Origin: Bdellovibrio sp.
GTDB taxonomy: Bacteria; Bdellovibrionota; Bdellovibrionia; Bdellovibrionales; Bdellovibrionaceae
Assembly: GCA_036677065.1 (NCBI GenBank)
Contig: JAKFBS010000001.1
Coordinates: 64,001 to 128,000 of the forward strand
Direction: 5' to 3'
Length of the DNA: 64,000 bases
The translations under genes and the position numbers were made by a program. The notes below the pieces were generated by a model that was not told the origin of the DNA, ran no database searches, and saw only the letters and a program-made list of their open reading frames with translations. Shown here piece by piece: positions 10,030-19,243 of this stretch. How positions within the stretch are numbered: position 1 is the first letter of the stretch; every line of letters begins with the position of its first letter.

Positions 10030-11076
10030 ATGCTGAATTACGGGCCGTTAAAATCATTATTCACTTCTGATGACATGAGTGAAATCATGGTCAACTCTTG
10101 GGATCATGTTTTTGTCGAACACAAAGGTTGCCTTGTACGCACAGCTGCACGCTTTATGGATGCCCGTGAATTTCAGGATTTAGTTTTTGCGATTTTGATG
10201 AATGATAAACATGATTATAGCAAAACTTATTCGTTTGATGGCATTTTACCCGAAGGTCATCGTTATAATATAACTTTACCGCCGTTGAGTCCAAAAGGAC
10301 CGACGCTAACGATTCGTAAATTTTTAGAGAAAAATTTTTCTTTAGATCAGATGATTGCTTCTGATTTTTTATCTGACAAAACAGCACGCTTTTTAAAGTT
10401 AGCTGTCGAAGCCCGTTTAAATATTGTGGTATCTGGTGGCACTGGCACTGGTAAAACTTCATTTTTGAATACACTGGCAAGTTTGATTCCAGAAGATCAA
10501 CGTGTCGTTTCTGTCGAAGACACGCAAGAACTTAGGCCGACTCATGTTAATTGGATTTATCTTAAAACAATTAAAAATGAGCAAACGAAAGTCACTGCTA
10601 AAGACTGCGTTTACAATGCCTTACGGATGCGTCCGGATCGTATTATTGTTGGCGAATGTCGCGGTGGCGAAGCTTTTGATATGTTACAAGCCATGAACAC
10701 AGGTCACGAAGGTTCGATGACTTCGATTCATTCTAATTCCGGTAATGATTGTTTGGCTCGCTTAGAAACCTTAATTAATGTGGCTAATCCCGATATGCCG
10801 CTAAAAATGGTGCGCACGCAAATTAGCGAAGCCGTTGATTTAATCGTGCAGCTTAAACGCTTGCCTGATGGTCGCAGACAAATTTCTGAAATCATTGAGC
10901 TCACCGGAATGGAAGCTGATATCATCACCCGTTCGCCGATTTTTACTCGCGCAAAATCAGCAAAACTGGATGTTACTGGTTATGTGCCCGACGTCATTCA
11001 AAGAATTAACTCTCATAGCAAAAAGATTTCGCCGCAATTTTTTGATCCAAACACCCAGCTTAAAAAATCTAGCTAG
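10030..11076 (+). CDS. CpaF/TadA-family (VirB11-like) secretion/pilus ATPase
   Basis: Walker [46 protein letters not shown]. Confidence 0.9.
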   Translation: MLNYGPLKSLFTSDDMSEIMVNSWDHVFVEHKGCLVRTAARFMDAREFQDLVFAILMNDKHDYSKTYSFDGILPEGHRYNITLPPLSPKGPTLTIRKFLEKNFSLDQMIASDFLSDKTARFLKLAVEARLNIVVSGGTGTGKTSFLNTLASLIPEDQRVVSVEDTQELRPTHVNWIYLKTIKNEQTKVTAKDCVYNALRMRPDRIIVGECRGGEAFDMLQAMNTGHEGSMTSIHSNSGNDCLARLETLINVANPDMPLKMVRTQISEAVDLIVQLKRLPDGRRQISEIIELTGMEADIITRSPIFTRAKSAKLDVTGYVPDVIQRINSHSKKISPQFFDPNTQLKKSS

Positions 11077-13688
11077 GCTGTTTTTTTACCTACAACACTC
11101 GTGATGTGGGCCTGACTAAAAAGTCTTTGCGCTACACGTTTTACATCATCAGATGTAATGCCGTTATAAATTTTATCGATATGTAAAGATTCATTAAAAT
11201 CGTTTCCGTAAAAATCATCAAAAGCGATCGTGTTACATAAAGAAGACTTTCTTTGCAACCCGATATCATTTTGCCCGATTAAATATCTTTGCGCGCGCTT
11301 AAGTTCTTCTTGTGGTACTTTGTGCGTGCGAATTTTATCGAATTCGATATGAAACATTCTAATTGCTTTTTCGACTTTATCTGGCGAACACGCAATATAT
11401 CCACCGAAATATCCGCACTCTAAACTTTCCATGCGAATTGGTGAAACTGAGTAGGCCAAAGAATTCTTATCACGAAGTTCAATAAACAAACGCCCACCCT
11501 GACCTGCCATAATGGCCTGAATCACGTGTAAGACATAACGATCTGGATCAGTAATGTTGATACCTTGCCAGCCAACGATCACATGCGACTGTTCTTTGTC
11601 TTTTTCAATAAAATAACTTTTGTTTTCTGTTATTTTTTTAAATTCTGTCGTCGGCAATAATTTCGGCGTGCGTTTAAAAGATTTTTCTAAACGCTCAATG
11701 CTGTCTATCCAGGTTTTTTGATCAAAATCACCAACTACAACTGCCAGCATATTATTTGATGATTTAACTTTATCTAAGTAGTTCGTTAAATCAATCGCGT
11801 GAATGTTATTCGTTGTTTCAATCGTGCCCAGCTGATCATAAGAGACGGGGTGATTCGGAAACATGTTTTTCACAAACTGTTTTCCGCATAAATAAGAAGG
11901 TTGGTCTTCTTTCGAATGAATTTGTCTTTGCATAGCCTGGCGTTCACGATCGACGACCGCAGGTACAAAATCAGGTTCTAAAAATAGCTCTTCCATAAGG
12001 CCAACAATTTTGTTTTCAAAGGGCTTCATATAGTCCAATGAAAAGCCTACGGTGTTTTTACCACTAAATGGCGAAAGACCGGCTGCTGACTCTTCGATTA
12101 ATTGTAAGATTTGTGATTCTGATTTTTGTTTTGTTCCGCCCAGCCAAGAGCGACCTAATAATTCAGAGGTGCCCATTTTATCAAGTTGCTCGATACGGGC
12201 ACCGCCGCCTAATAAAATACGCGCAGACACTGTTGGTATTTCTAATGATTTTTCAAAAATCACGCGGGTTCCATTGTTTGTCGTAACAATTTCAATGCCG
12301 GATTTATCAGTTTTTTTAATTTCTTTAAAAACAATTTTAGGGATCACTACTTTTTTGTTTTTTACTTTTTTTACAGGTTTTTCTTTTTTCTGACTGGCAA
12401 TTATTTGTAACCAGATTTTGTGTGAATCTTTTAAGATCTCTACAAATTCAGTTTCTTTTTTTGGCCCAAGCACAGTGTAGCTGGCAATTTTTGGATCAAA
12501 GTATTTTTTTGCAACCCGCATAACATCTTTAGGCGTGATTTTTTGAATCGTTTTTAAGTATTTTTCATGCGCCAAACTATCATCCATATAAAATTGCGAT
12601 GAACCAATTTTGCTGGCGATGCCGTCGACTGTCTCAATTGAATAAAACTGTTCAGAAGAAATATTAATAATGGCTTTGCGAATTTCTTCCCAACAAACTT
12701 CTTCTTTTTTAATTTTTTCGATCTCTTGGTAAATACCTTCGAAAGCCAGCTTTGGGTCCTGTTCTAAAACTTTAAAACTTAACGCCAATAAACCAGGATC
12801 TTGGGGCGTGTAGCTATAACTTGAAACACTGCTGACTAAACTTGATCGCAAGCGCAATTTAGAAAATAAACGACTGGTTTCGCCCTGGCCTAAAACCATG
12901 GCCATCACATCAAGTGCTGGCACGTCTTTATGTTTAATCGCCGGCGCTGGAAAGGCTAAATTGTAATTGCTGTCTTTTAGGTCTTTGGTTTTAGCCTTGT
13001 AAGTCACTTTAGTGGCTTTTGGTTCTTTCGTGCGTTTAATTTTTTTAAGTTTGTATGGCGTAAATGTAGAAAAATATTTATCTACATTTTGACGCATTTC
13101 TTTTTCGTCAAAATCGCCCGATACAATCAGGCACATATTAGACGGCACATAACGTGATTGATAAAAGCTTTTTAATTTTTTTACCGGCCATGAGCGAACA
13201 TTTTTTTCATAACCAATAACAGGAATTCCGTACGCATGTTTTTTATAAACCGAACTAAACAACAATTGTGAAGATTGACGGCCCGGAGAATCCTGACCCA
13301 TTTTAATTTCTTCACAAACAACTTCTCGCTCACTATGCGTTTCATCGGCATCAAATGTGGGGTGACCCATCATTTGCGAAATCACATCAAGGGCCACATC
13401 CTGAAAAGTTTTTGAAATCGTGACATAAAATACTGTTTGATCAAACGAGGTATAAGCGTTCAATTCGCCGCCCGAGGCCTCTACAATCGACGCAATTTCG
13501 CCGACTTTGTATTTGTGAGTGCCCTTAAACACTAAATGTTCGATAAAATGACTAATACCTTCTTCACCTTTTTTTTCATCGGCGCTTCCGGTTTTTACCC
13601 ACATCTGCACGCTAACCACAGGAGATTTATGGCTAGGAATAAGAATTACTTTAAGCTTGTTTTTGAGTTGAAATTTAACCTGTTTCAT
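11073..13688 (-). CDS. M16 family (insulinase-like) zinc peptidase, fused two-module
   Basis: Inverted zinc motif HFIEH, GGELNAYTSFDQT; second module without the motif, containing GRLFIELRDKNSLAY. Confidence 0.92.
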   Translation of the reverse strand: MKQVKFQLKNKLKVILIPSHKSPVVSVQMWVKTGSADEKKGEEGISHFIEHLVFKGTHKYKVGEIASIVEASGGELNAYTSFDQTVFYVTISKTFQDVALDVISQMMGHPTFDADETHSEREVVCEEIKMGQDSPGRQSSQLLFSSVYKKHAYGIPVIGYEKNVRSWPVKKLKSFYQSRYVPSNMCLIVSGDFDEKEMRQNVDKYFSTFTPYKLKKIKRTKEPKATKVTYKAKTKDLKDSNYNLAFPAPAIKHKDVPALDVMAMVLGQGETSRLFSKLRLRSSLVSSVSSYSYTPQDPGLLALSFKVLEQDPKLAFEGIYQEIEKIKKEEVCWEEIRKAIINISSEQFYSIETVDGIASKIGSSQFYMDDSLAHEKYLKTIQKITPKDVMRVAKKYFDPKIASYTVLGPKKETEFVEILKDSHKIWLQIIASQKKEKPVKKVKNKKVVIPKIVFKEIKKTDKSGIEIVTTNNGTRVIFEKSLEIPTVSARILLGGGARIEQLDKMGTSELLGRSWLGGTKQKSESQILQLIEESAAGLSPFSGKNTVGFSLDYMKPFENKIVGLMEELFLEPDFVPAVVDRERQAMQRQIHSKEDQPSYLCGKQFVKNMFPNHPVSYDQLGTIETTNNIHAIDLTNYLDKVKSSNNMLAVVVGDFDQKTWIDSIERLEKSFKRTPKLLPTTEFKKITENKSYFIEKDKEQSHVIVGWQGINITDPDRYVLHVIQAIMAGQGGRLFIELRDKNSLAYSVSPIRMESLECGYFGGYIACSPDKVEKAIRMFHIEFDKIRTHKVPQEELKRAQRYLIGQNDIGLQRKSSLCNTIAFDDFYGNDFNESLHIDKIYNGITSDDVKRVAQRLFSQAHITSVVGKKTA

Positions 13689-13703
13689 CTATAACATCCT
13701 TCT

Positions 13704-14873
13704 ATGTCTGAACAGTTTGGCGTCTACATTCATATCCCGTACTGTATTCAGCGCTGTTCGTACTGCGACTTTGCCACCTATGTGCAGTCAGAAATTTTAG
13801 TTCCCGAAAGATACGTAGCTTTAGTCAAAGAAGAAATCCCTTTAAGAAAACATTATTTTGGTTTCTCAAAAGACACCGAAAAAAAATTAAATACGGTGTA
13901 CTTTGGCGGGGGAACTCCCAGCCTGATTTCTTCTGACCTCATTGTAGGCCTGATTTCTGAACTCAACAAGCATGGGTTAACAACTGGTCCTGATGCAGAA
14001 ATCACAATTGAAATAAATCCGGCCACAATTGATGAACGCAAAATAGAACATTATTTATCGGCTGGGGTTAATCGCTTTAGCGTTGGGGCACAAACGTTTC
14101 ATGATCGCCTATTGAAAATGGTGAAGCGTGAACACAATGCGAAACAGACCTTGCAGACTTTAGACCTGTTAAAACGCTATAAATTAAATTTTTCGTTCGA
14201 TTTGCTTTTCGCGTTACCCACCCAAACTGTCGAAGAGTTAAAATCCGATGTGGAAATGGCTGTGGAAATCGGCTCATCACATATTTCGCCGTACTGCTTA
14301 ACTGTACCAGAAGCGCATCCGCTTTCAAAAAATCGGCCACTTGAAGACGAACAAGTCGAAATGTTTGATATTATTCATCAACACTTGACTGCAAAAAACT
14401 TCAATCGCTATGAAATTTCTAATTACAGCTTGCCCGGTAAAGAATCACGCCATAATCGTCTGTATTGGGATGATCATTCTTACTGGGGTTTGGGTTTAAG
14501 CGCCCATTCTTATTCAAGAACGTCTCAGTGGGGCCACAGATTTTGGAATCCAAACAATATTGATGTTTACGAAAAACAAATTCGCCAAGGCTTAGTTGAT
14601 TTACCTGATAATCAAATTGAAACCTTGCAAAAACATCAGGCTCTTACCGACTTTTGTCATACCTCACTGCGCGTTGCAGAAGGCGTTTCATTCGCGCGCT
14701 TAGAGCGCAAGTTCGACGCGAAAGCGTGCAGTAAAGTTCTAGAAATCGCGCAACCGATGCTAGAACGCGAGCTTTTGAAGCTAGAAAATAATCATTTAGT
14801 GCTCACCCATCGCGGAGTGCTAATCAGTAATCAAATATTTGAGAAATTCACCTTTTTAGCTGAAGACATCTAG
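13704..14873 (+). CDS. hemW: Radical SAM heme chaperone HemW (HemN-like)
   Basis: YIHIPYCIQRCSYCDF (CxxxCxxC), FGGGTPS, YEISNY, HNRLYW (HNxxYW); upstream of grpE. Confidence 0.9.
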   Translation: MSEQFGVYIHIPYCIQRCSYCDFATYVQSEILVPERYVALVKEEIPLRKHYFGFSKDTEKKLNTVYFGGGTPSLISSDLIVGLISELNKHGLTTGPDAEITIEINPATIDERKIEHYLSAGVNRFSVGAQTFHDRLLKMVKREHNAKQTLQTLDLLKRYKLNFSFDLLFALPTQTVEELKSDVEMAVEIGSSHISPYCLTVPEAHPLSKNRPLEDEQVEMFDIIHQHLTAKNFNRYEISNYSLPGKESRHNRLYWDDHSYWGLGLSAHSYSRTSQWGHRFWNPNNIDVYEKQIRQGLVDLPDNQIETLQKHQALTDFCHTSLRVAEGVSFARLERKFDAKACSKVLEIAQPMLERELLKLENNHLVLTHRGVLISNQIFEKFTFLAEDI

Positions 14874-14901
14874 TTGACATTTCTAGGATAGAACTCACAC
14901 T
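14874..14901 (+). promoter_or_regulatory. Putative sigma70 promoter for grpE-dnaJ
   Basis: TTGACA-N16-CACACT, about 35 nt upstream of the grpE ATG. Confidence 0.45.
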
Positions 14902-14935
14902 TTAAAGGTTAATATTTTTGAATATGTGAGGATCT

Positions 14936-15493
14936 ATGACAGAGGATAAAAACACAAAATCTGAAACTCAAAATGGGGCGCCCGGAAACGGTGAAGCCAG
15001 CGCTGAGGGCAACGCTACTGTTACGCCAATCAAGTCTGAATTAGAGCAAGCTCAAGAAGACGTGCAAAAATGGAAAAACGAATATTTATATTTGCGCGCA
15101 GAATTTGATAATTACAAAAAACATGCGATCAAAGAAAGATCTGATTTATTAAAATTCGGCATCGAAAGAATCGCTCGCGATATTTTAGATGTTATGGATA
15201 ATTTTGAACGCGCCTTACAAACAAAAGTAACCGCTGAAAATATTCCCACTTATAAAACTGGTGTTGAAATGACAGCAAAAGAGTTAAAAGAAGCTCTGAC
15301 AAAACATGGTATTCAAGAAGTGCCTAGTGAAAACCAACCTTTTAATCCGCAAGTGCATGAGGCGATCAGCTCTGAACCTACAACCCAGGTTGCCGAAGGT
15401 CACATCACTAAAGTCTTTAAAAAACCTTATAAACTTCATGATAAAGTGATCCGCATGGGTCAAGTTATCGTAGCTACTGCGCCAAAAGCATAA
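14936..15493 (+). CDS. grpE: Nucleotide exchange factor GrpE
   Basis: [27 protein letters not shown] and YKLHDKVIR motifs. Confidence 0.95.
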   Translation: MTEDKNTKSETQNGAPGNGEASAEGNATVTPIKSELEQAQEDVQKWKNEYLYLRAEFDNYKKHAIKERSDLLKFGIERIARDILDVMDNFERALQTKVTAENIPTYKTGVEMTAKELKEALTKHGIQEVPSENQPFNPQVHEAISSEPTTQVAEGHITKVFKKPYKLHDKVIRMGQVIVATAPKA

Positions 15494-15494
15494 G

Positions 15495-16484
15495 ATGAGT
15501 AAAAAAGATTTTTATCAAACATTGGGTGTTACCAGATCAGCAACAGCTGATGAAATTAAAAAAGCTTATCGCAAGCTAGCGATGCAATATCACCCAGATA
15601 AAAATCAGGGCAATAAAAAGGCTGAAGAACAATTTAAAGAAATTTCTGAAGCCTACGAAGTTCTCAGCGACACAGAAAAAAGAAAAAATTATGATACTTT
15701 CGGTCATGCCGGTGTGAACGGTAATCCTTTCGGTGGCGCTGGTGGCCAACAAGGAAACCCCTTTGGCCGTGGTGGTGGCGGTAATCCTTTCGGCAATGCC
15801 GACATTAATGATTTATTTGGCGACATCTTTGGCGAGGCCTTTGGTGGTGGTGCTCGCACTCGATCATCACAACAGCAACGTCCTCGTCATGCCAGCAAAG
15901 GCGCAGACCTTCGCTACACATTAACAATTACTTTTGAAGAAGCTGCTACCGGCACTGAAAAAGTAATTAGCTTTGTTCGCCAAGTTGGATCCCGCGAAGA
16001 AGCCGCAAAACTTTCTGTGACCGTTCCTGCCGGAGTCAAAGAAGGCCAACGTCTAAAGCTGACTGAAGAAGGCGACAAACCCTCTTCTGGAACCGCTGGC
16101 GACCTTTACGTTATTATTAATTTACAAGAGCATTTATTATTTAAACGCGAAGAAGCTGACGTGATGTTAGATCTTCCGGTTAAATACACAGAAGCCATTT
16201 TGGGAACAGAAGTTGAAATTCCGACCTTATCTGGCAAGGCCCAGATTAAAATTCCTGCGGGAACATACTCTGGTCAGGTTTTACGATTAAAAGGAAAAGG
16301 TTTTCCTCGCATCGGTGGCATCGGCAATGGTGATATGTTGGTGCGTCTATTGGTAGATACGCCATTAAAAACTAACACCCGTCAAAAAGAGCTTCTCGAA
16401 GAACTAAACCGCTATGCTGAAGAAACCCCACTAGTAAAAACTTATAAAGAAAAATTAGAATCTTTGTTGAGGTCGCGAAAATGA
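15495..16484 (+). CDS. dnaJ: DnaJ-class co-chaperone lacking the zinc finger (class B, CbpA-like)
   Basis: J domain with HPD, G/F-rich region and C-terminal domain; no CxxCxGxG repeats. Confidence 0.88.
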   Translation: MSKKDFYQTLGVTRSATADEIKKAYRKLAMQYHPDKNQGNKKAEEQFKEISEAYEVLSDTEKRKNYDTFGHAGVNGNPFGGAGGQQGNPFGRGGGGNPFGNADINDLFGDIFGEAFGGGARTRSSQQQRPRHASKGADLRYTLTITFEEAATGTEKVISFVRQVGSREEAAKLSVTVPAGVKEGQRLKLTEEGDKPSSGTAGDLYVIINLQEHLLFKREEADVMLDLPVKYTEAILGTEVEIPTLSGKAQIKIPAGTYSGQVLRLKGKGFPRIGGIGNGDMLVRLLVDTPLKTNTRQKELLEELNRYAEETPLVKTYKEKLESLLRSRK

Positions 16485-17950
16485 TTAAAAAATTAAGTTT
16501 AGCCGCTGTAGCGGTCGTCGTATTTCATGGGTGCTCAAGCACTCCATCTATTGAAACACGTCACAAAACGATACCTTCAAAAAAAAATGAATACGTCAGA
16601 GTCGAAAAAAGTTCTACACCTGCGCCAACTTCGATTTACGCTCCTGCGCCGGTAATTGCTGCTGCAACACCGCCACCAGAAATAGTTACAGCTCCTCCGG
16701 CAGTGATAATTCCGCCAGTGCAAAATTTTAATTTAGACGAAGAAAAATCCGACAAACCCCGATCGACTGTAAGTTATGATTCTGACGCGCAAAAAATTGG
16801 AGTTATTCTTCCGATCACTGGCAAAAATGCCAGTTTAGGTCAACGCACTTTAAATGCTATTCGCTTAGGTCTTGGCCTTGACGATAAAAATTCTTCATTT
16901 TCAATTCACATATATGATAGTCAAAGTAATCCCGATGTTGCTGCTCTTGGTGTAGAAAAACTTTTGCGCGATGATCATGTCATTGCGATTCTGGGTGGTT
17001 TAAGTGCCAAAGAAGCCCAAAATATTTCAGCTAAGGCTGAGTTTTTTCAGGTTCCATTTTTTTCGTTCTCGCAAAAATCAGGTCTAACAGATTCGACCGA
17101 ATACACTTTTAGAAATTCTGTAACTCCTGAAATGCAAGTAGCAAGGCTTCTGCAGCACGCTTTTAAAAACATTAATGCGAAACGTTTTGCTATCCTTTAC
17201 CCCAATGATCCTTACGGCGTTGAGTTTGCCAACAAATATTGGGATTTGGTTTTAGCTGGCGGCGGAGAAGTCGTAGCCGCTCAAGCTTATGATCCAAAAG
17301 ATACAAATTTAAATATTTATGTGCAAAAACTTGTCGGCACTTATTACGTCGATGCGCGCGCTGAAGAGTTCAAAGCTCGTCAAAAAGAAATCGCCGAAAA
17401 AAAGAAAAAACAAAAAGAAACAGAACCTGCAAAGAAAAAAAATACCCGTGAACATGAAGCACAGGAAAATATTTTACCTGCTATCGTTGATTTCGATGTC
17501 TTGTTCGTGCCTGATAGCGGAAAGGCTTTAGGTCAAATCATGGCTTTTATGAAAAATAATGATGTCGCGCAAATGACTTACCTGGGCACTAACTTATGGA
17601 ATACCCCGGATTTGTTTCGCCGTGTTGGAACCAACATCAGCAGCGTATTTTTTGTTGATTCTACGTTTACTCCTGAAGAACAAAAAAAATCTGACTTTCA
17701 CGCGAAATATTTAGCTAAGCATGAAGAAGATCCAACGATTGTTGAAGCTCAGGTTTATGAAGCCGCTAAAATATTACGCGATATCATTGGTAACAGCTCT
17801 ATTAGTCGCAGTTCGTTAGCCTACCAGTTAAGTATCCTTGGGCGTAAAAGTGGCGCCTACAGCGAAGTACGCATGAATAACAATCATGAAATTGAGCGCC
17901 CACTGCATATCTTTAGCTTGACCGAAGGGTCTATTCAGAAAACAGAATAG
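16481..17950 (+). CDS. Lipoprotein with periplasmic-binding-protein type I fold (LpoA/LppC-like)
   Basis: Lipobox-like FHGC, Pro-rich linker, [27 protein letters not shown] and YLGTNLWN motifs. Confidence 0.75.
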   Translation: MIKKLSLAAVAVVVFHGCSSTPSIETRHKTIPSKKNEYVRVEKSSTPAPTSIYAPAPVIAAATPPPEIVTAPPAVIIPPVQNFNLDEEKSDKPRSTVSYDSDAQKIGVILPITGKNASLGQRTLNAIRLGLGLDDKNSSFSIHIYDSQSNPDVAALGVEKLLRDDHVIAILGGLSAKEAQNISAKAEFFQVPFFSFSQKSGLTDSTEYTFRNSVTPEMQVARLLQHAFKNINAKRFAILYPNDPYGVEFANKYWDLVLAGGGEVVAAQAYDPKDTNLNIYVQKLVGTYYVDARAEEFKARQKEIAEKKKKQKETEPAKKKNTREHEAQENILPAIVDFDVLFVPDSGKALGQIMAFMKNNDVAQMTYLGTNLWNTPDLFRRVGTNISSVFFVDSTFTPEEQKKSDFHAKYLAKHEEDPTIVEAQVYEAAKILRDIIGNSSISRSSLAYQLSILGRKSGAYSEVRMNNNHEIERPLHIFSLTEGSIQKTE

Positions 17951-18103
17951 ACTTTAGTCCATTAAATCCACATTTTACAAATTTTTTGCGGCATTTTTAA
18001 CCTGCCGCTAACCGTTTATTCCCCCTGCCGCATCCAATGTCCAAGAACTAGCACAATAGTCTAGTCCTAAAAAATGCATAGAGCATGGTGGAGGGGTATT
18101 CAG

Positions 18104-18496
18104 ATGAAAAAGGATTTTTTATCAGAACAAACAATTCAGGTCTGCAGAACAAAACTTTTAGATCTTAAAAGCCAGTTTTTGAATCAGGCCAAGACGATGG
18201 CTGCTAACTTCAATATGGTTGATAAATCACGCGGTGACGAAAGTGATCTATCTGCAGCCCACCAAGAAGAGCATAACTTCTTAATCGCCCAAACGCGTAT
18301 GAAAGCCCAATTATTAGAAATAGAAATGGCCCTGAGCCGCATTGAGAGCGGTAACTACGGTATCTGTGAAGAAACTGATGAGTTAATTGAAACAGAACGC
18401 CTATTGGCTATTCCGTGGACACGCCTGAGTATAGAAGGTGCAGAAATCCGCGAGTCGCAAACTAAAAAAGCAGGCAAAGGCTATCTTGCTTTTTGA
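18104..18496 (+). CDS. DksA/TraR family protein, single-Cys globular domain
   Basis: GDESDLS coiled-coil tip and ALSRIESGNYGICEETDELIETERLLAIPWTRLS; GGAGGGG RBS favours ATG 18104. Confidence 0.85.
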   Translation: MKKDFLSEQTIQVCRTKLLDLKSQFLNQAKTMAANFNMVDKSRGDESDLSAAHQEEHNFLIAQTRMKAQLLEIEMALSRIESGNYGICEETDELIETERLLAIPWTRLSIEGAEIRESQTKKAGKGYLAF

Positions 18497-18672
18497 TTCT
18501 ACAAATTACAGAAATCGTTTAAGATTCTGCGATCCTAATGCTTTAGCGCAGCAATGAAAATCAAAGTGTCGCAGTGTTTTTTGATGACAGAAATCTGTCT
18601 TAAGATAATTATCCCCCTCGATTCGGAACGATTTCAACATGTCAGCTGACGTTGGTCAGTGAGGGGGATTTG

Positions 18673-19068
18673 GTGAAAAAAACCGAGAATTCAGAAACAT
18701 TAATTATGTCGCCAGAACTGACTATCATCAGAGATTCATTACTATTGCAAAAAAGCGAAATTTTAAATCGTGATAACGAATTTAAATTAGCGCAATTAGA
18801 TGTAGCGAAACTTTCAGATGAAGGTGATCAGACTGCGCAAGAACAACAAAATAATATTTCAATTCAGCTGCACGAACGCGAGAGAATGTCTCTGGTGCAC
18901 ATTGAAAAAACTCTTTCAAAATTTGCTACTGGCACCTACGGTGAATGCGAATCTTGTGGTGATGAAATCACGATCAAGCGTTTACAAGCTAGACCTTTAA
19001 CTCCTTTTTGCATCAACTGCATGGAAGAGCACGAAGAGCAGTCGCATCACTCTGGACTAATCCAATAA
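18673..19068 (+). CDS. DksA/TraR family protein, 4-Cys zinc finger
   Basis: SDEGDQTA tip, YGECESC...RLQARP...CINC; GAGGGGG RBS before GTG 18673. Confidence 0.88.
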   Translation: MKKTENSETLIMSPELTIIRDSLLLQKSEILNRDNEFKLAQLDVAKLSDEGDQTAQEQQNNISIQLHERERMSLVHIEKTLSKFATGTYGECESCGDEITIKRLQARPLTPFCINCMEEHEEQSHHSGLIQ

Positions 19069-19192
19069 GCGGTCGTTTAATTCCAGCCTTTAGTAACTAA
19101 GAAAACAGTATGTTTTCTCATGGAATGAGACCTGCTGACATGGATGTCAGTCTTGTTTTTAACAAATTCTTTAAATCCAGACTTAAATTCAT

Positions 19193-19219
19193 TTAAGCCG
19201 CTCCATTTTGCTCCGATTA
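19193..19219 (+). promoter_or_regulatory. Sigma28-like promoter for lon
   Basis: TTAAG-N14-TCCGATTA ending 24 nt upstream of the lon ATG. Confidence 0.5.
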
Positions 19220-19243
19220 GGTTTGTAAGAAACAGGAGCCGAC

